From contig JAPMXV010000058.1 of assembly GCA_026936335.1 (NCBI GenBank), forward strand, positions 186,001 to 250,000: 64,000 nt of DNA. Direction: 5' to 3'. The DNA comes from Mantamonas sphyraenae STR306. Its lineage: Eukaryota > Protista > CRuMs. The first letter of the stretch is position 1, and each line of letters starts with the position of its first letter. The notes under the pieces were generated by a model. That model ran no database searches, was not told where the DNA came from, and saw only the letters and a program-made list of their open reading frames with translations. Below, one piece after another: positions 55,839 through 64,000 of the stretch. Position numbers and translations under genes: made by a program.

Positions 55839-58800
55839 ATGCGCACCCGCTTTCGCCATCTTGACCCGCTCGCAAGCTACTTGCAGCACCGACAGGCATG
55901 CATCGACGCGCTTGCTGTTCCCATCACCAGTGCAATGGTCCCTGCACATCCCAAACACACAAGGCGCACGCATGGTTCGCACGCACAGGTCCATGCCAGC
56001 GACCAATCTGCCCGTTTGCTCGAAATCGTTCCTGACATTGTTCCTCTGCTCTTGCCTTCACCCACCGGCCCCGACCCCATCCTCGCCCACCCATGGGTGT
56101 CGGAGGCTCCCAGGCACATCGATGTCGACCACCAGGACGATGATGAGCTCAGCCTTGCCGATGTCGGAGATCTGCTCGGGTTGCAGCAAGACCTGCCCCT
56201 GCTCCCGATGGACACATACACCATCTACACACACACGCACTCTCCTCGTGAACTCCAACCTGTCTATCCTTACGACACAGAGCTCCCTGAAGATGCATTT
56301 GTATGTCCAGATGCCCCGCTGCCAAACACAGTCGCTCCCAGACATCGACACAACCTTCAACCGACCCGTGACCTTCCTCGACGTCCCTGTGCTCCCGCCC
56401 TTCCGTCGCCTCAACGACACACACATCCGTGTCGTCCACCACACCAGTCGGCAGCTTTCTCGAGACGCATTTACACTCGAACTGCATGCAGACGATGCAT
56501 GGATCTTTCACGCCCTGATCTCAGCGCCACAGCCCAGCCAGGACACCATCATCGCTACAAAGCGCGTTCCACAGCTTGTTGAGTACTCAAGTGAGGCCTA
56601 TGAGCAGGCAGTGCCCGTCCTGTGGGTTGACGACGCTGCACATGCGTCAAAGTGGCCGCCGTCGCCTCGAGATCTCGCTCCATCCAACCCCAGCTCGCAA
56701 CCCCTCCCGAACCATCCTTTGCATTGTTGGGTGGTATCCCCATTGTCAAGGGAGTCCATGACGCACCTGGATTTCTCCCATGGGCACTGGTACCCGAGAT
56801 CCAACTCTTCGGCCAATCTCGCTCCCTCGAGTGGCACCCGAGGGCCCTTGCGCACACCACCATCGCACACTTCAACATCACTGCTCCAGACTGGCTTGAC
56901 ACCGAGTCGTGGACGGTGGCTTGCCCTGAACAAGAGCCGCTTGTGAATGCAGATTCGGAACTGCACTTTCAGGACTCGTGGACTGGCGATGAAGACTCGA
57001 TTGCAGAGGTTGCCCAGGAGGAACCGCCACAATTGCCCATCTCAGCCCCCCTGAACACGACAGGCATGTCTGAACTCATGAGTTTCATGCAGACAGCGGC
57101 GGCAGAGTCCGCATCCTCCAACAGCGTCCCAAACAAGGTCTTGGGCGGCGGCGCCGTGGCCATGCCCTTTACGCAACTCGTGCACGCTCAAGCTCGCGTT
57201 CTGGTCTACATGGGACTCGAGACGCTGTTTGCGTACAGCCGTGGGTGGAACTTGGTTCTTGACGAGTTGCGGTTCCGGTGTGAGCGGCATGACTCAATTG
57301 CTTTTGCTGTCCATCGTACGAGCTGCATGAACGTGACAAGTGCTGTGCGCGCACAGGCTCCGTCCACCTTGGGCATCGTTTCAGTCTGTGCGCACGAGCA
57401 GCTTGGTCAGACTCATGCCGAGCACGTTGTGGCCATTATTCGATTGAGCGACTTGCACAAGGCCTCCTGGACACCCGCCGCAAACACCGGCCTCACCTGC
57501 TTCTGCTGGGGTGATGACCTGTCTGTGTCCTCTCTGCTCGATCTTGGCACTCGCATGGGCATCGACGCTCTGGTGACCCTTGACGACGCACATCCGCTGT
57601 GGGCACCGCGAGCAGATCGCATCCACGAGTGGATGCTTGAAGAGCATGGCGCGGCCATGCAACGCGCCGTTGACATTGTGTGGCACCATGTCTTTTCCAT
57701 GCCCACGAGCAGATCGTACTCGTGGTCGACCCCTCTGCAAATGCTCACGTGGCTCAAGGGCCAGCCGAGTGCCGTGCCACCGCACCTGCTCGTTTGGTGC
57801 CGGCTCTTTCTCGTCCTTGCTGGCATGGGCATGAGTGTGGCTTTGGAGTACATGGAACAGGCGCTGGAGGCCGGTGCCATGCAGCTACAGACTCACGAGG
57901 ATCGCAAGATGCTCACCATGCTACGCAAAGGCACAGAATTGGTCAACAAACATCACAAGCACGATCACATGGCCTACACACACATCTGTACTGTTCTATC
58001 ACGCTGTCACGCACCGGCCCTTGTGCTGTTGCCCAACATGCTCGTCGCCAACCGATTGCGTGACGCTGCGTCCGCTTCCCACGTTGACTCGGCCATTCTC
58101 GACGCAAAGATGAATGTGCAGCATCTGCGCAGCCTTCCTGACCGCAAACACCTTTTCGTGTCCCTGGACGACATCCCCGACGTCCACTTGCTCCCGTTGA
58201 CATGGGCCAGCTTCGGCTACGCGGTGTGGTGGTGTCTCGACCACACAGCCATGCTTTGGCCCATGCACACCTCCATGTGCACGGCTCAACCTCCCATCGA
58301 GCTTCACCGTGTGCTAGCCCTCCAGCACACTGTTCTCCTGCCCGACGACGGCTCGCAGGCCTGGATGATGGAGGTCCGAGCAAAGTACGCCAGCCTGTGC
58401 GACCAACGGATCGACTTTCACACGCGCAGCATCTCCCTATCTACGATGGCCACCATGCAACGCGAGCTGGCCCCAGTTGTCGCTGAAGACAGCTCGTCCA
58501 ACCTCGCGCAGCTCTCTCCCACATCGGATGCCTTGTCACCCTCCCATGAGTCCCATGAGTCCCATGAGCTGCCCACAATCGAAAACCATGCATGCGTGCT
58601 CGAGGCCCAGAGTCAATTGCGAGCTCTGGACGCCCCCTTGCCTGTGTTTGCTCGCTCTCGCTGGGCGTTTCTCCCGTCTCTGGCGCACGCCATGGCTGCC
58701 TACAACATGGAAATGGTGCCTCGTGACATGGACACACACGCTGCGGACTTTGTGCTCGACGAGTGCTCGAGTCTCACTCTTTGCAGTTTCCAGAGCGACG

Positions 58801-59741
58801 ACGGCGACCTCACTGCCTACTTGAGATCATTCCAGCAGCGCTGTGTCGTCAATGCTGCTCAATTCCAGCACAATTACATCGTCATCGACTGGCAACTGGA
58901 CGACGATGGCGGGCACAGCGAGTTTGTCGACCTCCTCCTGCCGCTCATGCCCTCGTTTATCGCCACCATGCATGTGCTCGACCACCATGTCCTTCACATT
59001 GGCCTCATACACCAGTTGGCACCTGTACTTGCCCACCTGACCGTCAGCGGCGCCTCCTCTCTCGATCGAAGCTGGGTTCAGCGCTCATGCTCAGTGAACG
59101 AGCGCTTCCTCTGCGCCTTTGCGGCCATCAACTGCTTCTCTGCACAGTGGATCCTCCATCGCGTCACCTTGACCGACATTGCCCGGTATGCACTCTCGGG
59201 CAAGTCGTGGGATGTCCTCTGCGACACACTGGACCGTATCCCTGCACCGGTTGTCATCAACTTGCTGCAGGTGCTGAGTGGCGTGCAAGGCGACCACAAA
59301 CACGATGGCCACCTCGGTCCCTCTCTGGACACAGATCGGGACGAGGACGAGGACGAGGACGAGGATGAGGGTGGAAACGACCTCCATCCCAATGCCACCC
59401 CGAACGACAGCCGATCACGGTCAACCAGCAACAGCCAACTCATATCCTCTGCTCGCTCTTTGCATCATGATGTATCTGAACCTCCTCCAAGCATGCGTTC
59501 CATGGAAAATCTGCTCGCTCGCTTCGAGGCCTCGGGGCCCGGCTCTCACTTTGCCGATGCCTCCGCGGGTGCATCGTCATCGTCGTCATCGTCGTCATCC
59601 TCGTCTACGATCACAGAAGAACCCAAATCCACCGTGAAGTATCCCAAAACTCACGGGTTCAAGCCGGATCCGCGCCAAATCGGCTTTGAAAGAGCGGGCA
59701 GCAGCTCGCAAACGCGCCTGGTGTGGCGTCAACGCACCTGA
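55839..59741 (+). CDS. SHOC1/ZIP2-like XPF-domain meiotic crossover protein (5' structure uncertain)
   Basis: Degenerate ERCC4-like segment (EMVPRD...ADFVLDE), HhH-like ERFLCAFAAINCFSAQWIL and terminal GFER...SQTRLVW, resembling the SHOC1 C-terminal GQTRL motif. Confidence 0.6.
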
Positions 59742-59787
59742 GTGGCACAACACCCGCTCCCTCTCTCTCGTCCACCTCACCACCACA

Positions 59788-60860
59788 TTAAAGGTCGCGC
59801 AACAAATTGGACATCTGTTCGTACACCACAAAGGTAATGCATGCCCCGGGCGTGACCTTGATCACGTTTGCGCCGAGACCTCGATAGAAGCCAGCGATAC
59901 CCTCCTCACGCAGCGTCTTTGCAATGACGTCACGGAAGCCGTGGTACCTTGCAGCCTGACGTTCTTCTGCGCTTGTGCCGTGGTACTGCGCTTGCAGGCG
60001 AGTCTTGGTGGTCTGCAGCGGATAGGTGATGGTGCTTGCAAACAGCTTGGAACTGGCTGCCAGCAGGATGGTCTCCACAGTGTCCATCTGCGTGGCCGTG
60101 GATGCATCCAAACCCTGTGCCTCGTGCCGGGCGACCACCTTGCTGCGCAGCCATTCATACGCCATAAAGTGCAGAGCTCCGTGCGACGTGGCCAGCAAAG
60201 CGGGCACCAGACCCTTGTACAGCCCCTGAACACCCTCATGCTTCCATGCGTGGCTCAAACCATCTGCAAAGAACCGTGTGCAAAGCACAGCCGCGCGTGT
60301 GAGTTCGAGACGCACGTGCAGGCGGACAGAAAATCGGCGGAAAAGTCGGCGGCACCCGCTTGGAAGAGTGCGAACCTACGGGACAAGGAGCGGTAAAACA
60401 CCGGATCGTTGGGATTTTGCAGTGCCATGCGTGTCTTCATGAGCCACAACGGGTGCACAAACATGGTGGTAAAGGCACTGCCGCCGAGGGCGCACAACAA
60501 GTGGTCGGTGGGACCGAGCTTTGCATCCGCTGCCGAGTCCTGCAGCGCCTCGAGCCGCCAGCTCTTGAGTGTGCCATAGGCGGCAAAGTAGATTCCCCAG
60601 GAAAAGGAGGAGCCGTACAGGGATGGTGACAGGCCTCCATAGAAGCGTCGCCAGCCCTCGTTGCGCATAATGTCCCTGGCCACCTGTAAGCTGTTGGCCT
60701 TTCCAGGTTGGAAGCGTTGGCTGTTCTGCAGACGCACTTTGATCACTTCCACCGGGTGCATTGCCAATGCGGTGGCCATGCCTGCGGTGAACCCGGACAC
60801 TGCGTTCTTTGTGCTCTGTTCCATGGTGCGTGTTTGCTTGCTGTGCATCTGCTGGCGCAT
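59788..60860 (-). CDS. Mitochondrial folate/FAD carrier (SLC25A32/FLX1-like), one intron
   Basis: HPVEVIKVRLQ, WGIYF, HPLWLMKTRM, SHGALHFMAYE, TYPLQTTKTRLQ and PGACITFVVYE. Confidence 0.88.
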
Positions 60861-60933
60861 GGGTGCTCTGCTTGTGTGTGTTGTGTGTGTGTATGATTGA
60901 GCGTGCATTGACGCGTGTGCGCCACCAAAGGCA

Positions 60934-63888
60934 ATGCTAACCCGGTCGAGCAGTGGTCGCTTTGCCCCTGTGTGGGTGATCGCCGGCCTGGGACTGTGGG
61001 TATGTCTTACCCTGGTGATCATCTCGTACGAGGGCATGGGCTCGTACGGCGGTGGCAATGGTGGTGGCGAGCACGACGAGCATCACGAGCTGGAGGCGTT
61101 TGGCGACTCGCTTCCGCCGAACGCCCACGATGCAGGTTCGGACGAGCTGGCACTCGTGCTGGACAAGGGGCACGGGGTGACCGACACTCGCAGCGATGCC
61201 TCACCACACAATGAGGGCACCAGTGCAGCTGCCAGTGAAGCGGCTGCCGCTACGCGTGTGACGGTGCTTCTGCAGGTGAAGAGCACACAGGCAGCGCATC
61301 TGCGGCACGTGCTTTCCACGCTGCTGCAAAGCCATGGCGACACGACATTGCCATCCTCCTCACGAGCGCATCAACCACCCTTGGATTTGCAGGTGATTGT
61401 GCTGGAGTGCGGCAGTGTGGATTACCAGCGTCGGGACAGGCTGTTGTTTGCTGTCCGTGACTTTCAGCAGGTGCTGCTCGTGCGCGCCCCGAGTGCCGTC
61501 AAAGACCCAGAGGCATGGGCCGTGCGTACGCATGCACGTGAAGGCCTGCTCCTCTTGACACGCGAGGACGTGCTTGTGGACATGGATCTGGTGTACTGCC
61601 TGCGTGCGCAGCTGTCGGCCAAAGGCAATGCGGCCGCCCTGATTGCCGCCCCAAAGCTGGTCAACACCGACAACACCATCCACCAGGCGGGTCTGGATGT
61701 GGCCTTGCAAGCACCCACATACAGCAGTGCATCATCGTCCAGGGGTGACCCAGTGACGTTTCACAGGTTGCAAGGCTTTCTTGCCACAAACGGACGAGCG
61801 GCTGGCACGACGGGCGTGCTGGCTGCAAGCGACGTGCTCCTCCTCACAAGGCACACCTATGTACAGGCCTTGGAGAGACGCAGTGAGTTGTACGCGGCCA
61901 CCAACGATGGTGATGGTGAAGGGGTGGAGGAGGGGGTGGATCCGGTGCAGCTCGATCTGCAGGGACGCAACCACGTCGACTTGAGTCTCATTGTGGGCCA
62001 ATTCGACCGGGAAGCGCGGGTCACTGGCGCAGTGCGCTATTGTGGTGATTGTCAAGCGTATTCGCTTGCTAGGGAGATCACGGCAGACGAAAGTGAACAC
62101 CACGACGGCTCGCGAGACACGCCGGTGTCATCCTACGGAGGCAGCTCAGGGTGGTGGAGAAGCAGCAGTAGCAGCAGCAGCAGCAGCAGTAGCAACAGGT
62201 TCGGCAGCAGGAAGGAGGGGGATGAGGAGGAAGACGGGAAGAAAACGGGGGAGCACAAACAGAGGAAACCGCGCACGTTTGGTGATGTGTGGCATGGTCA
62301 GCTGACCCGGCTGGTGGTGGATCGATACCATCCAAAGCTGAAGGACATTGCGTTGACATACAACATGGAATGTGGCCTGGGCCAGGTGATGGGCTTCACG
62401 ACCGAGGCAACCAACCTGTTGGTGGGGCTGGAGGAGGTAATGCCCGTGCGCACAGAGACCAACAACTTTCGGGAGTGCAAAGGGGGATTTGTGAAGCAGT
62501 CGCCTGTGAGTGTGGGACGCACGCTGGTGCGACTGGATGGGATGCGGCACGACAAGAAGCTGTTTCCACGCATCATCCATGTGATCCACAGGGACCCCGG
62601 ACGCTACTCCCACTTTGTGCCCAAACCCTTGCGTCCGCTGGCCTACGTGGTGGGTCGTTCCATGTTTGAAACGGATCGAATCCCCAGCGACTGGCCAGAC
62701 AAGTGCAACGACAAGGCGGTGCGCGAGATTTGGGTGCCCTCCAAATTCAACGTGCGTACCTTTAGTGGCTCAGGCGTGGAGGCTGGCAAGCTGGACACGT
62801 TTCCCGAGTCGGTGGACGTGCACCACTTTGATCCGGCGACGGTGGAGCCGCTACCGATTGCCCACCGCGCCGGGTTCAACTTTCTGTCCATGTTCAAGTG
62901 GGAAGAGCGCAAGGGATGGCCGGAACTGCTGCGTGCGTACTTTGATGCCTTTTCCGTGGACGACGACGTGGCATTGATCATTCGCAGCAAGGTGGACAGC
63001 GAGAATCAGGCCAAGCTGAACCGATTCGTGCGTGCATACTGCAGCGAACGGGCCAGCGCCTCGCACGAACGCGGCGGTGGCAGTAACAAGGAGGCACGTG
63101 CGCGGGTGGAGGCCCGTTTGCCCCGACTGGTATTTATGAAGGAGGTGGTCCCGTTTGCCAAGCTGCCTGCGTTGTACAAGGCGGTGGACGCCTTTGTCCT
63201 TGCCACCCACGGTGAAGGCTGGGGCTTGCCTTTGATGGAGGCCATGGCAATGGAGCTGCCTGTGCTGGCCACAGACTGGAGCGGCAACACCGAGTTTATG
63301 ACCGCGACGACGTCGTACCCCGTGCCAATCAGTGGCCTGATCAAGGGACCCATCAAGAAGCACAAATGGGCGCAGGTCTCTGTAAGAGAGCTGACAAAGA
63401 CGATGCAGCGGGTGTACATGCAGCGTGGAGAGGCACGGGAGGTCGGACGGCGGGCACGCGCGCATGTGGTCGCACACTACAGCCAGGAACAGGTCACACG
63501 GCAGTTGGTGGACAAGTTGGTGCGCATTGTGGACAACAAAGAGGCATGGGCCGAGCTGGAGGCCAGTGCGGTCAAGCGCGAAGCGGAACGCAAGGAGGCT
63601 GCTGACAAGAGCAGCAGGAGACGATTCGATGCCAGCAAGCTGTACAGGCGGCGCAACGCGGGGATGGGCATGTCATCAACGGGTGGGGCGGGTGCGCGTG
63701 GACGCAACAGCTTCTACGAGGCGATGCAAAAGGCAAGGCAGCAGAAGAAGGAGCAGGAGGAGGAAAAAGCAAAGGAAGCAACGATGGCTCCGCATCAGAC
63801 ACCGAGACAGGCGGGCATTCAACCACGCGCAACCACAGGATCAGAGAAAAGCGGCCGCGAGACAAAGACGCGGATGAACATTCATTAA
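60934..63888 (+). CDS. Type II membrane glycosyltransferase: GT2-like N-terminal region plus GT4 (GT-B) domain
   Basis: N-terminal TM; MFETDRIP..W, FKWEERKGW and GEGWGLPLMEAMA (E-x7-E); upstream APKLVN.D.TI.QAG resembles GT2. Confidence 0.85.
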   Translation: MLTRSSSGRFAPVWVIAGLGLWVCLTLVIISYEGMGSYGGGNGGGEHDEHHELEAFGDSLPPNAHDAGSDELALVLDKGHGVTDTRSDASPHNEGTSAAASEAAAATRVTVLLQVKSTQAAHLRHVLSTLLQSHGDTTLPSSSRAHQPPLDLQVIVLECGSVDYQRRDRLLFAVRDFQQVLLVRAPSAVKDPEAWAVRTHAREGLLLLTREDVLVDMDLVYCLRAQLSAKGNAAALIAAPKLVNTDNTIHQAGLDVALQAPTYSSASSSRGDPVTFHRLQGFLATNGRAAGTTGVLAASDVLLLTRHTYVQALERRSELYAATNDGDGEGVEEGVDPVQLDLQGRNHVDLSLIVGQFDREARVTGAVRYCGDCQAYSLAREITADESEHHDGSRDTPVSSYGGSSGWWRSSSSSSSSSSSNRFGSRKEGDEEEDGKKTGEHKQRKPRTFGDVWHGQLTRLVVDRYHPKLKDIALTYNMECGLGQVMGFTTEATNLLVGLEEVMPVRTETNNFRECKGGFVKQSPVSVGRTLVRLDGMRHDKKLFPRIIHVIHRDPGRYSHFVPKPLRPLAYVVGRSMFETDRIPSDWPDKCNDKAVREIWVPSKFNVRTFSGSGVEAGKLDTFPESVDVHHFDPATVEPLPIAHRAGFNFLSMFKWEERKGWPELLRAYFDAFSVDDDVALIIRSKVDSENQAKLNRFVRAYCSERASASHERGGGSNKEARARVEARLPRLVFMKEVVPFAKLPALYKAVDAFVLATHGEGWGLPLMEAMAMELPVLATDWSGNTEFMTATTSYPVPISGLIKGPIKKHKWAQVSVRELTKTMQRVYMQRGEAREVGRRARAHVVAHYSQEQVTRQLVDKLVRIVDNKEAWAELEASAVKREAERKEAADKSSRRRFDASKLYRRRNAGMGMSSTGGAGARGRNSFYEAMQKARQQKKEQEEEKAKEATMAPHQTPRQAGIQPRATTGSEKSGRETKTRMNIH

Positions 63889-63989
63889 ACGAGGTCGCGC
63901 ACACTGTCCATCTGGGCTTGCACGTCGTCCTGTGCCGCTCCACAGTATTTGGAGACGTACTTGACAAGGGGAGTGTCCTTGAGGGCTGC
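63885..63989 (-). CDS. Probable last exon of a gene entering from beyond the window
   Basis: cag|GCAGCCCTCAAGGAC...GACCTCGTTTAA open frame (AALKDTPLVKYVSKYCGAAQDDVQAQMDSVRDLV*). Confidence 0.45.
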   Translation of the reverse strand, partial: AALKDTPLVKYVSKYCGAAQDDVQAQMDSVRDLV

Positions 63990-64000
63990 CTGTGGTGCAG

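Overview
Gene-dense, GC-rich eukaryotic (protist-like) genomic DNA with short GT-AG introns rich in (CA)n/(TG)n and very short intergenic gaps. About 32 protein-coding genes were recognised by motif, mostly housekeeping: HECT E3 ligase, prefoldin 1, U1-70K, RRP15, mitochondrial Lon, profilin, Rab6, Exo84, LSm7, both methylcrotonoyl-CoA carboxylase subunits, isopentenyl phosphate kinase, Tim21, SH3-containing PRMT2, CTC1, MO25, two mitochondrial carriers, a ZIP transporter, a SHOC1/ZIP2-like meiotic protein and a glycosyltransferase. The stand-out is a very large (about 1830-1950 aa) minus-strand ORF at 11830-17766. Its C-terminus carries the full Fanzor1/TnpB RuvC signature: D...E-x-Y-T-S-x-x-CxxC...CxxC...D. 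About 70 nt past its stop codon lies a compact multi-stem structure (11670-11763) positioned where an omega-RNA is expected. It sits between two housekeeping genes with no recognisable transposase, so it is a candidate giant, possibly domesticated, eukaryotic RNA-guided nuclease system. All assignments are from manual motif reading and no database searches were run.
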